Shown piece after piece: positions 25,001 through 34,525 of a DNA stretch of 64,000 nucleotides. Within the stretch, counting starts at the first letter, position 1, and each line of letters begins with the position of its first letter. The stretch is from assembly GCF_044704955.1 (NCBI RefSeq), contig NC_091995.1, positions 1,178,001-1,242,000 on the forward strand, read 5' to 3'. The position numbers and the translations under genes are program-made. The stretch comes from Pristiophorus japonicus (taxonomy: Eukaryota). The notes under the pieces are model-generated. The model did no database searches. It saw only the letters and a program-made list of their open reading frames with translations, and had not been told where the DNA came from.

Positions 25001-28000
25001 ATACCATTTGCCCCTAACTGCTTGCTGCACCTGCCTGTTTGCTTTCAATGATTGGTGTACATCGGCACTTCCCGAGCCATCACAACAACAACTTGTATTT
25101 CTATAGAGCCTTTAACGCAGAGAAACGACCCAAGGTGCTTCACAGGAGTATTATACAATAAAAATTTGACACCGAGCCGCATAAGTAGAAATTAGCGCAG
25201 GTGACCAAAAGCTTGGTCAAAGAGGGAGGTTTTAAGGAGCGTCTTGGAGGAAAGAGAGAGAGGCGGAGAGGTTTAGGGAGGGAGTTCCAGAGCTTGGGGC
25301 CCAGGCAGCTGAAGGCACGGCCACCGATGGTGGAGCGATTATAATCAGGGATGGTCAGGAGGGCAGAATTAGAGGAGCGCAGACATCTTGTGGGGCTGGA
25401 GGAGATTACAGAGATAGGGAGGGGCAAGGGCCATGGAGAGATTTGTAAGCAAGGATGAGAATTTTGAAATTGAGGCGTTGCTTAACCGGGAGCCAATGTA
25501 GGTCGGCGAGCACAGGGGGTGATGGGTGAGCAGGACTTGGTGCGAGTTAGGACACGGGAAGCCGAGTTTTGGAACACCTCTAGATTACGGAGGGTAGAAT
25601 GTAGGAGGCCAGCCAGGAGTGCGTTGGAATAGTCAAGTCTAGAGGTAAAAAAGCCATAGATGAGGGCTTCAGCAGCGGATGAGCTGAGGCACGGGTGGAG
25701 ACGGGCGATGTTACGGAGGTGGATATAGGCGGTTTTAGTTATGCTGTGGATATGTGGCTGGAAGCTCATTTCAGGGTCAAATATGACACCTGGGTTGCGA
25801 ACAGTCTGGTTCATCCTCAGACAGGAGTTGGGCAGAGGGACATCATTCTAATCTTGTTGGTGATTTCCAGGAAAGATCGCTATGTTGGTTCCTGCCTATT
25901 GCCAGTGACAGGAGATTGGTCCTGTTCTCCAGTTACAATCTATACAAATATATTCAACATCTTAAAGCTGCCCATTTGCTGGTTTTCCCATTATAAATTC
26001 CCATGGCCACATTTACAATGGGATCTGCCTGTGTAAATTTGTCACCTTCTCCCTGTATCTGTGCTCCAGCCCCACCACTGGTGGGAGGGTGTCATTACAG
26101 AAACGTACACTTACACAGGCCAAAGGTGGGCAGAGGAAACGTTACAGGGACACCCTCAAAGCCTCCTTGATAAAGTGCAACATCCCCACTGACACCTGGC
26201 AGTCCCTGGCCAAAGACTGCCCTAAGTGGAGGAAGTGCATCCGGGAGGGTGCTGAGCACCTCGAGTCTCATCGCCAAGAGCATGCAGAAATGAAGCGCAG
26301 GCAGCGAAAGGAGCGTGCGGCAAACCAGTCCCACCCTCCCTTACCCTCAACGACTATCTGTCCCACCTGTGACAGGGACTGTGATTCTCAAATTGGATTG
26401 TTCAGTCGCCTAAGGACTCATTTTAAGAGTGGATGCAACACCACGGGAGGTCGACTGGTCAACGCATCTGGTGTAACCCAAAAGCACACAACTGACTATT
26501 TCCATCGCTTATATAGATACAGCCCAGTGCAGTACAATTAGAGTAATTGGCAGAACTTAAGGCAGGAGGCTCAGATGTGTGTCAGTATTTACAGAGGATC
26601 CCCGTAAGTGTGTCAGTATTACAGGGGGTCACCGGGAGTGTGTCAGTATCTACACAGGGTCCCCTGGAGTGCGTCAGTATTTACAGGGGGTCCCCAGGGA
26701 GTGGATGCAACACCACGGGAGGTCGACTGGTCAACGCAGCTGCTGTAACCCAAAAGCACCCAACTGACTATTTCCATCGCTTATATAGATACAGCCCAGT
26801 GCAGTACAATTAGAGTAATTGGCAGAACTTAAGGCAGGAGGCTCAGATGTGTGTCAGTATTTACAGAGGATCCCCATAAGTGTGTCAGTATCTACACGGG
26901 GTCCCCGGGAGTGTGTCAGTATTTACAAGGGGTCCCCGGGGAGTGTGTCAGTATTTACAGGGGGTCCCCGGGAGCGTGTCAGTATTTACAGGGGGTCCCC
27001 GGGAGTGTGTCAGTAGTTACAGGGGGTCCCCAGGAGTGTGTCAGTATTTACAGGGGGTCCCCAGGTGTGTCAGTATTTACAGGGGGTCCCCGGGAGCGTG
27101 TCAGTAGTTACAGGGGGTCTTTCCAACATTATACTCCATCTGCCAAATTTTCACCCACTCACTTAGCCTAGCTATGTCCTTTTTCAGATTTTCTGTGTCC
27201 TCCTCACACGTTGCTTTTCCTCCCATCTTTGTATCATCAGCAATCTTGGCTACGTTACACTCGGTCCCTTCTTCCAAGTCATTAATATAGATTGTAAATA
27301 GTTGGGGTCCCAGCACTGATCCCTGCGGCACCCCACTAGTTACTGATTGCCAATCCGAGAATGAACATTTTATCCCGACTCTCTGTTTTCTGTTCGTTAG
27401 CCAATCCTCTATCCATGCTAATTTTACCCCCAACCCCGTGAACTTTTATCTTGTGCAGTAACCTTTTATGTGCCACCTTGTCAAATGTCTTCTGGAAGTC
27501 CAAATACACCACATCCACTGGTTCCCTTTATCCACCCTGTTCATTACATACTCAAAAAATTCCAGAAAATTTGTCAAACATGACTTCCCCTTCATAAATC
27601 CATGCTGACTCTGCCTGACCGAATTTTGCTTTTCCAAATGTCCTGCTACTGCTTCTTGAATAATGGACTCCAACATTTTCCGAACCACAGATGTTAGGCT
27701 AACTGGTCTATAGTTTCCTGCTTTTTGTCTGCCTCCTTTTTTAAATAGGGGCGTTACAGGTTAAATAGGTTAAAGGGTCCAAATATAAATTTGGAAAAGG
27801 CAGCAAGTATTCGCTTGTGTTTAGAACACTATGGATTGATCTGCTTGAGGTGTTTCAAGATGATTGATTGAAAGATTTGATGGGGTAGTTAGTTTCTATT
27901 TGCTATGTTGGGAGAATCCAGGACAAATGGGCACAATCTCCAAATTACAGTTCAGGAGTGAAATCAACAAGCACTTTTTATCCACACAAAGAGTCGTGGA

Positions 28001-30403
28001 AATCATAGAATCATAGAAGTTTACAGCACAGAAGGAGGCCATTTCGACCCATCGTGTCCGTGCCGGCCGACTAAGCACTACCCAGCCTAATCCCACTTTC
28101 CAGCTCTCGGTCCGTAGCCCTGTAGGTTACAGCACTTCAGGTGCACATCCAAGTACTTTTTAAATGTGGTGAGGGTTTCTGCCTCTACCACCCTATCAGG
28201 CAGTGAGTTCCAGACCCCCACCATCCTCTGGGTGACAAATGTTCCCCTCAAATCCCCTCTAAACCTTCCCCCAATTACTTTAAATTTATGCCCCCTGGTT
28301 GTTGACCCCTCTGCTAAGGGAAAAAGGCCCTTTTTATCCTTTCTATCCAGGCCCCTCATCATTTTATACACCTCAATGAAGTTTCCCGTCAGCCCCCTCT
28401 GTTCCAAGGAAACAAACCCAGCCTATCCAATCTTTCCTCATCGCTAAGATTCTCCACTCCCAGCAACATCCTCGTAAATCTCCTCTGCACCCTCTCCAGT
28501 GCAATCACATCCTTCCTGTAATGTGGTGACCAGACCTGCACGCAGTACTCTAGCTGTAACCTAACTAGTGTTTTATACAATTCAAGCATAAGTTTTTGTA
28601 TTCTATGCTTCGGCTAATAAAGGCAAGCATTCCGTGTGCCTTCTTAACCACCTTATCCACCTGGCCTGCTACCTTCAGGGATCTGCACTCCACGATCTTA
28701 GTGAACAAATGTCCCCTCCAATCCCCTCTAAACCTCCCCCCAATTACTTTAAATCCTGCCAATTACTTGAAATATGGAACCCTTTCCCGCAGAAGGCTGT
28801 GGATGCTGGGTCGGGGTGCGGTCAATTGCTTTTTTTCAAAACTGTGATTGATAGAATTGTCAGGTCAGGGTATTAAGTCGGGTTGCCCGCTGCATGAATT
28901 CCCGGAGGCAGCATCCTCTCACCGACTCCCTCCAACAGCCCCGTCCCCACACTCCTGTCATTGGTCGCCAGACATGTCCATCTGTGCAAAGCCCTGCCTT
29001 CCCAGGGCCAATCACAAAGCTTTACCCGATTGGCTGGTCCTTAACTGTCAGTCAAAAAAAAACTTGCATTTATATAGCGCCTTTCACGACATCGCAAAGC
29101 ACTTTACAGCCAATTAAGTCGTTTTGGAGTGTAGCCATTGTTGTAATGTGGGAAACTTGGCAGCCAATTTGTGCACAGCAAGCTCCCACACACAGCAATG
29201 TGATAATGACCAGATCATGTTTTTTTTTTTAGTTATGTTGATTGAGGGATACATATTGGCCACAGGACACAGACATATAAGATTATGAGGGGGTTTGACA
29301 AGGTGGATGCAGAGAGGATGTTTCCACTGATGGGGGAGACTAGAACTAGGGGGCATAATCTTAGAATAAGGGGCCGCCCATTTAAAACTGAGATGAGGAG
29401 GAATTTCTTCTCTCAGAGGGTTGAAAATCTGTGGAATTCACTGCCTCAGAGAGTTGTGGAAATTGGGACATTGAATAAATTTAAGACAAGAGCAAAGAGC
29501 TAGACAGTTTTCTTAACCAATAAGGGAATAAGGGGTTATGGGGAGCGGGCAGGGAAGTGGACCTGAGTCTATGATCAGATCAGCCATGATCGTATTAAAT
29601 GGTGGAACAGGCTCGGGGGGCCATATGGCATACTCCTGCTCCCATTTCTTACGATACCGGGGATAACTCCCCTGCTCTTCTTCGAAATAGGGCCATGGGA
29701 TCTTTTACAAAAGGGCAGACGGGTCCTCGGTTCAACGTCTCATCCGATAGACGGCACTTCCGACAGTGCAGCACTCCCTCAGCACTACCCCTTCGACAGT
29801 GCGGCGCTCCCTCAGTACTGCCCCTTCGACAGTGTGGCTCTCCCTCAGTACTGCCCCTTCGACAGTGCGGCACTCCCTCAGTACTGCCTCTCCAACAGTG
29901 CGGCACTCCCTCAGTACTGCCCCTCCGACAGTGCGGCGCTCCCTCAGTACTGCCCCTCCGACAGTGCGGCGCTCCCTCAGCACTGCCCCTCCGACACTGC
30001 GGCGCTCCCTCAGCACTGCCCCTCCGACACTGCGGCGCTCCCTCAGCACTGCCCCTCCGACACTGCGGCGCTCCCTCAGTACTGCACTGGAAGTGTCGGT
30101 TAGATTTTCGTGCTCGATTCCCTGGAGTGTGGGGCTTGAACCCACAACCTTCTGACTCAGAGGGGAGAGTGCTGGGCAGTCCGGGAGGGTATCAAGGGGC
30201 AGGAATCAAAGGCTGGAGATCAGCCGACTGGCCTGAAGAGGGGCCGAATGGCCTCCTCCTGTTCCTTGCGGTGCTCGCAGGGTAAAAGTTAAAGCAGACA
30301 CTTGCAGCTGTGCGGGGCTGAAAGGAGGCGAGAGGTGCTTACCTGGGAGGGAGCAGAGTGCGACCAGGGTCGACAGCTTGTATATGGTGCTGATTTCCCC
30401 CAT
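7002..30403 (-). CDS. TAPBP: Tapasin (TAP-binding protein), complete spliced CDS, 8 coding exons, 457 aa
   Basis: Exons 30343-30403, 24105-24323, 22737-23009, 20848-21189, 18752-19075, 14113-14214, 10076-10113 and 7002-7016 all have GT/AG ends with matching phases and sum to 1374 nt with no internal stop. Motifs VECWFVE, PHCE, EWRYQFKGSGH, GNASL, GPTIEDAIGMF..F...G.LK and C-terminal KGKSE match tapasin. Confidence 0.95.
7186..9925 (+). mobile_element. Cluster of CR1 LINE copies (two subfamilies) in tapasin intron 7
   Basis: Frameshifted RT ORFs 7152-8611, 8976-9230 and 9498-9827; (tttctatg)n and (ttcttatg)n tails. Confidence 0.9.
10076..10113 (-). CDS. TAPBP: Tapasin exon 7 (cytoplasmic tail VYPLVFGSMEETK)
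   Basis: Strong polypyrimidine acceptor tttcttttctctccaacag| and donor AAG|gtaaaa. 38 nt, phase 1 to phase 0. Confidence 0.85.
10190..10865. mobile_element. Probable non-autonomous DNA-transposon-like interspersed repeat (related sequence in inverted orientation at ~58140-58470)
   Basis: 10340-10440 resembles the reverse complement of 58375-58465; GC-rich arms around an AT-rich core. Family not identified. Confidence 0.45.
10868..11535 (+). mobile_element. RTE-clade LINE 3' fragment (further copies ~13260-13400, 18277-18495, 23095-23650, 26115-26432)
   Basis: ORF2 C-terminus LLYGLETW...QLRWAGHIVRMPDTRLPK, a C2H2-like end and a (GAT)n tail. Confidence 0.88.
12480..13110. repeat. 33-34 bp G-rich minisatellite (GAGATAGGGAGGGGTGTAGGGCTGGAGGAGGTTACA) expanded from an L2-like LINE segment
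   Basis: The unit's reverse complement is the PPYLCNLLQP-coding segment present once in the L2-like copies. Confidence 0.9.
13400..14050 (-). mobile_element. tRNA-derived SINE with internal 33-bp tandem repeat (CCCTCAGTACTGCCCCTCCGACAGTGCGGCGCT)n; copies ~29055-30180, 30920-31620, 32975-33910, 41320-41485
   Basis: B-box-like GGTTCAAGTCC head, shared body and (TTTC)n tail; the 33-bp unit copy number varies among copies. Confidence 0.8.
14113..14214 (-). CDS. TAPBP: Tapasin exon 6 (connecting peptide and transmembrane helix)
   Basis: ccctgcag| acceptor and AAG|gtaatc donor, 102 nt. Encodes GAAGPTIEDAIGMFICAFILYGILKLLCWLLAAK, with the intramembrane Lys (14141-14143) typical of TAP-binding tapasin. 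Confidence 0.94.
15055..16788. repeat. Same 33-34 bp G-rich minisatellite, about 1.7 kb array
   Basis: Tandem array in tapasin intron 5. Confidence 0.95.
17285..18748 (+). mobile_element. L2-like LINE 3' part interrupted by a minus-strand CR1 (~17753-18275) and an RTE fragment; other L2-like copies on minus at ~25083-25838, 31910-32510, 50892-51630, 61837-62450
   Basis: HIHSITKTAY.HL, SRLDYSNALLAGL and GGRAFSCLGPKLWNSLP motifs; (GTT)n tail. Confidence 0.85.
18752..19075 (-). CDS. TAPBP: Tapasin exon 5 (IgC1 domain)
   Basis: ttgtgttgacag| acceptor and CAG|gtaacg donor, 324 nt. Encodes EPPRLSL...LLCEVSDYYPLDVIVTW...SGHRRNPTGTYN...YTCHADHVS. Confidence 0.96.
19225..19705. repeat. (GA/GT) and GGGA-rich simple repeats around assembly gap 19329-19470
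   Basis: 142 N flanked by low-complexity repeats. Confidence 0.9.
19892..19905 (+). promoter_or_regulatory. CTCF-like motif in the tapasin intron between coding exons 4 and 5
   Basis: CCAGCAGAGGGCAA in unique sequence. Confidence 0.4.
19950..22310. mobile_element. CR1 fragments flanking tapasin exon 4 (minus ~19950-20840 and ~21232-21590; plus ~21588-22310)
   Basis: CR1 RT and 3' motifs in the ORF track. Confidence 0.85.
20848..21189 (-). CDS. TAPBP: Tapasin exon 4 (IgV-like domain)
   Basis: ctcctgtcgcag| acceptor and CAG|gtaaac donor, 342 nt. Encodes VVLNVFTRTP...LLLDCNF...VEWRYQFKGSGH...GNASLLI...EGTYICTIYMPNLHAQQSVDLEVS. Confidence 0.96.
22737..23009 (-). CDS. TAPBP: Tapasin exon 3 (N-domain)
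   Basis: ttttctgaaatag| acceptor and CAG|gtacca donor, 273 nt. Encodes DYSRII...KPHCEINRYIPQETEVNWATHLT...FSVASIHR... Confidence 0.95.
24105..24323 (-). CDS. TAPBP: Tapasin exon 2 (N-domain start, editing loop)
   Basis: ctttctctacacag| acceptor and G|gtgaga donor, 219 nt. Encodes VISLDRLLDLGMVVECWFVEEGGAKSSFPSSIVQEPALMLLRQ...SDPKLSLFLDVL. Confidence 0.95.
24376..28700 (-). mobile_element. CR1 copies in tapasin intron 1 (~24376-25062, 27118-27760, 28000-28700)
   Basis: CR1 RT motifs on the minus strand; distinct tail types. Confidence 0.85.
26427..27120. repeat. 272-bp direct duplication followed by a ~30-bp minisatellite (GTGTGTCAGTATTTACAGGGGGTCCCCGGGA)n
   Basis: Copies start at 26427 and 26699; the ORFs at 26547 and 26819 start identically. 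Confidence 0.9.
30343..30403 (-). CDS. TAPBP: Tapasin coding exon 1 (signal peptide MGEISTIYKLSTLVALCSLP)
   Basis: ATG in good Kozak context (gtgATGG). 61 nt ending in phase 1 at CAG|gtaagc. Joins exon 2 as ...CSLP-VISLD, a plausible signal peptide. Confidence 0.85.
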
Positions 30404-30504
30404 CACCGGCAACAAACGCGTCCTGCAGGGTCAATTGTTACAAGAATCTCCCTCGGACCAGCGCTGCTTGGAGCCTGTAGTCGCTGCTGAACTCAACCTT
30501 GTCC

Positions 30505-30532
30505 CTTTCACTTTCGTTTGTGTTTCCTGGAA
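30505..30532. promoter_or_regulatory. Composite ISRE/IRF-E (GAAAGTGAAA) and GAS (TTCCTGGAA) interferon-response element
   Basis: Exact IRF consensus at 30506-30515 (minus strand aaacGAAAGTGAAAggg) and STAT palindrome TTCNNNGAA at 30524-30532. They are 8 bp apart, about 100 bp upstream of the tapasin ATG. Confidence 0.75.
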
Positions 30533-30606
30533 TCACCCTGTACCAAGTGAGAGGCGGGGAGGGGAGAGACAGAGGGACAGAGGGTTACCCCGGGGCTCCG
30601 GCTTAC

Positions 30607-30760
30607 CCGCACCTCCCACCCACTGACACAAGCGGCCCCTCGCTCTTTGCCTGGGCCCTGGTATCTTGCCGTGCTCCAGGTGCGGGCCAAGGCTCCCGTT
30701 TCAGCCGGCAGCGGAATTCGCTCCTCCCTCTTTGCAGCAAGTGAGCTTGTCCTAAACCGC
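30607..30760 (-). other. TAPBP: Probable non-coding first exon / TSS region of tapasin
   Basis: GC-rich unique sequence ending at a CGG|gtaagc donor (30606), with a matching acceptor ccctgcag| at 30423, 19 nt before the ATG. The 5' end is not determinable. Confidence 0.55.
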
Positions 30761-30765
30761 TGCTA

Positions 30766-30789
30766 GGGACTTTACAGCAGAATTCCCCC
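30766..30789. promoter_or_regulatory. Two kappaB-like sites in the tapasin promoter region
   Basis: GGGACTTTAC (30766-30775) and minus-strand GGGGAATTCT are each one mismatch from GGGRNWYYCC. Confidence 0.35.
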
Positions 30790-33700
30790 ATTATCTGCCC
30801 TTTCACCACAACAGGAGCAGGCCATTCGGCCCCTTGAACCTGCACCACCATTCAATAAGACCATGGCTGATCTGCCACCTCAACTCTACTTTCCCCATTA
30901 TCCCTTGATTCCCCCCACCAAGAAAGAAAGACTTGGATTTATATAGCGCCTTTCACAACCATCGGATGTCGCAAAGCGCTTTGCAGCCAATCAAGTACTT
31001 TTGGAGTCACTGTTGTAATGTGGGAAACGCGGCAGCCACTTTGCGCACAGCAAGCTCCCACAAACAGCAGTGTGATACTGACCCAGATCATCTGTTTTTT
31101 TGTTATGTTGCTTGAGGGATAAATATTGGCCCCAGGACACTGGGGATAACTCCCCTGCTCTTCTTCGGAATAGTGCCCTGGGATCTTTTACATCCACCCG
31201 AGAGGGCCTCGGTTTAATGTTTCATCCGAAAGACGGTACCTCCGACAGAGCAGCGCTTTCTCAGTACTGCCCCTCCGACACTGCGACACTCCCTCAGTAC
31301 TGCCCCTCTGACAGTGCGGCGCTCCCTCAGTACTGCCCCTCTGACAGTGCGGCGCTCCCACAGTACTGCCCTTCTGACAGTGCAGCACTCCCTCAGCACT
31401 GCCCCTCCGACAGTGCGGCACTCCCTCAGTACTGCCCCTCCGACAGTGCGGCGCTCCCTCAGTACTGCCCCTCCGACAGTGCGGTGCTCCCTCAGCCCTG
31501 CCCCTCCGACAGTGCGGCACTCCCTCAGCACTGCACTGGAGTGTCAGCCGAGATTGATGTGCTCAAGTTCCTCGGAAGTGGACTCGGAAGCTAGAGTCCC
31601 ACCCACTGAGCCACAGGTCACACCGTTGGAACAGAGAATTGGAGAAGGGTTTGAAAATGAAGACTATCAAAGGGTATAGGGAAGGTCAGGGAAATGTGAT
31701 CAGAACCAGCCAGCGTGTGTGGTGGGCCGAGTGGCCTTGTTATGCTACAATTATCATGGCTCCCTATTTATAGAAATCAGACTGCAAGGAGATTTTCTTG
31801 GAAATGATTTTATTAAATTGCATAAAAATTGAAAGTGGTTAAATATTAAACAGATGAAAAAAGTTGCAAGTATCATTCTAAATCAACATGTATCGAAATC
31901 CATCTGTTCAACAACAACAACTACAACAACATGTATTTATGTAGCGCCTTTAATGTAGTAAAACGTCCCAAGGTGCTTCACAGCCATGGTAAAAGAAAAA
32001 AAAATGACACTGAGCCACATAAGGAGAAATTATCGCAGGAGCTTGGTCAAAGAGGGAGGTTTTAACGAGCGTCTTGAAGGAGGAAAGTGAGGTGGAGAGG
32101 CTTAGGGAGGGAGTTCCAGAGCTTGGGGCCCAGGCAGCTGAAGGCACGGCCACCGATGGTGGAGCGATTATAATCAGGGATGGTCAGGAGGGCAGAATTA
32201 GAGGAGCGCAGACATCTCGGGGGGTTGTGGGGCTGGAGGAGATTACAGAGATAGGGAGGTGCGAAGGCCAAGGAGGGATTTTTAAACAAGGATGAGAATT
32301 TTGAAATCGAGGCGTTGTTTAACCGGGAGCCAATGTAGGTCAGCGAGCACAGGGGGTGATGGGTGAGTGGGACTCGGTGCGAGTTAGGACACGGGGTCAG
32401 TGAGCACAGGGGGTGATGGGTGAGCAGGACTCGGTGCGAGTTAGGACACGGGGGCAGTGAGCACAGGGGGTGATGGGTGAGCGGGACTAGGTGTGAGTTA
32501 GGACACGGGCCTGGTCATGCAAACATCCCTGTAGTACTAACAGCCACTGGCTGATACATTCTGCACATTTATTGAAGGAGGGAGACGATGTCCATGTTGT
32601 GTAGGAAGGTCCTCACACTAGGGCGACCATATTTTCTAAACCCAATCCGGAGGTTCACGGAGTGTTAGCACAGCAAGGTTGCCAGAACAGTAAATGTGGG
32701 AGGCGTACCGTAGCACTGAAATATTTTATCAGCCTGTAGTTTAACAGTTGCACACACGCACTATTAATGCAAAACACATGTGCATATAATCATTGTGACG
32801 TCAAAATATTGAAGCACTTTCAGACACCTGACTCCTCCCCCAGTAAGTGAGGTCACACCCTCCCCCTCCCCCAGTGAGTGAGGTCACACCCTCCCCCAGT
32901 GAGTGAGGTCACACCCTCCCCTTCCCCCAGTGAGTGAGGTCACACCTTCTCCCCCTCCCCCAGTGATTGATAGTAAGAAAGACTTGCATTTATATAGCAC
33001 CTTTCATGACCACCGGACGTATCAAAGCACGTCACAGCCAATGAAATACTTTTGAAATGTAGTCACTTTTGTAATGTGGGAAAGGCGGCAGCCAGTTTGT
33101 GTACAGCAAGCTCCCACGTACAGCAATGTGATAATGACCAGATAATCTGCTTTTGTTTTGTTGATTGATGGACAAATAGTGTCCAGGACACCTGGGATAA
33201 CTCCCCTGCTCTTCTTCACAATAGTGCCCTGGGATCTTTTACTTCCACCTCAGAGAGCAGACGGGGCCTCGGTTTAATGTCTCATTCGAAAGACGGCAGC
33301 TCCAACAGTGCAGCACTCCCTCAGTACTGCCCCTCCGACAGTGCGGCGCTCCCTCAGTACTGCCCCTCCGACAGTGCGGCGCACCCTCAGTACTGCCCCT
33401 CCGACAGTGCGGCGCTCCCTCAGTACTGCCCCTCCGACAGTGCGGCGCTCCCTCAGTACTGCCCCTCCAACAGTACAGGGCTCCCTCAGTACTGCCCCTC
33501 CGACAGTGCGGTGCTCCCTCAGTACTGCCCCTCCGACACTCCCTCAGTACTGCCCCTCCAACAGTGCGGCTCTCCCTCAGTACTGCCTCTCCGACAGTGC
33601 GGCTCTCCCTCAGTACAGCCCCTCCGACAGTGCGGCTCTCCCTCAGCACGGCCCCTCTGACAGTGCGGTGCTCCCTCAGTACTGCCCCTCCGACAGTGCG

Positions 33701-34525
33701 GCTCTCCCTCAGCACTGCCCCTCCGACAGTGCGGCTCTCCCTCAGCACTGCCCCTCCAACAGTGCGGCTCTCCCTCAGTACTGCCCCTCCGACAGTGCGG
33801 CTCTCCCTCAGCACTGCCCCTCTGACAGTGCGGCTCTCCCTCAGCACTGCCCCTCTGACAGTGCGGCGCTCCCTCAGTACTGCCCCTCCGACAGTGCGGT
33901 GCTCCCTTTCGACGTGGCCTGGAGCGTGCGGGAGGGGAGAGCCGCCGGAAAGCGCCTGCCGACGTTAGCGGATGGCCGAGTGGGGCGTAAGTGGACTAGT
34001 GCCCACTGAGATGGCAGATTCCGGCGGGCGTGTGAGTCGGCAGCAGAACTGGGGAAGGGCCACTGGCTGGAGGCAGGTCTGTCCCCGACGGTAAGAAGGA
34101 AGATCGTGGAAAAAAGATAAGTGGACATTTTTTATTTGTTTTTCCCACAGTGACTTGCCTGGATGAGGTCCCCTTGAAAGTCTTCGTTTATTTTTCAGGT
34201 CGTCAACCCTCCGTGGGCCCGATTCCATCCTCGGCGGCACTTGGGTGGCAAATGCCACTGCCCGCCGTGAATGAGGCCTCCCGCCCACTGCCGCCCAGAA
34301 TGGCGGTATATGTTGTCCAGTTGCTGCCTGCCGACCTTCGAGGGACCTTAGGGATGAAAACTCCACCGAAAATACCGTCCGGTACATCGGCAGCACCTTG
34401 GGCGGCACTTGGCCGTGCGGAGGCCTTGACCAAAATCGGCCCCCGAGAAACAAAAAATATAATAATGGATTTCAAAAGGGAAAGTCTTGTTTGACCACCC
34501 TCATTTAATTTTTTGAAGAGGTGAC

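Noticed and set aside
28880-29045. Triple CCAAT cluster as an internal promoter
   Set aside because: It lies between TE fragments and resembles a MITE-like repeat remnant; no associated exon or TSS evidence.
7002-30403. Alternative identity as TAPBPL (TAPBPR) or a generic B7/butyrophilin Ig gene
   Set aside because: The GPTIEDAIG...F...G.LK TM motif with intramembrane Lys, the dilysine tail, VECWFVE and the 8-exon layout favour true tapasin. A phylogeny would be the final test.
33239-34009. Long repetitive ORFs (STAPPTVRRSL / DSAALPQYCP repeats), also at 13.6, 29.7 and 31.2 kb
   Set aside because: The 33-bp (11-codon) SINE-internal tandem repeat lacks stops in several frames.
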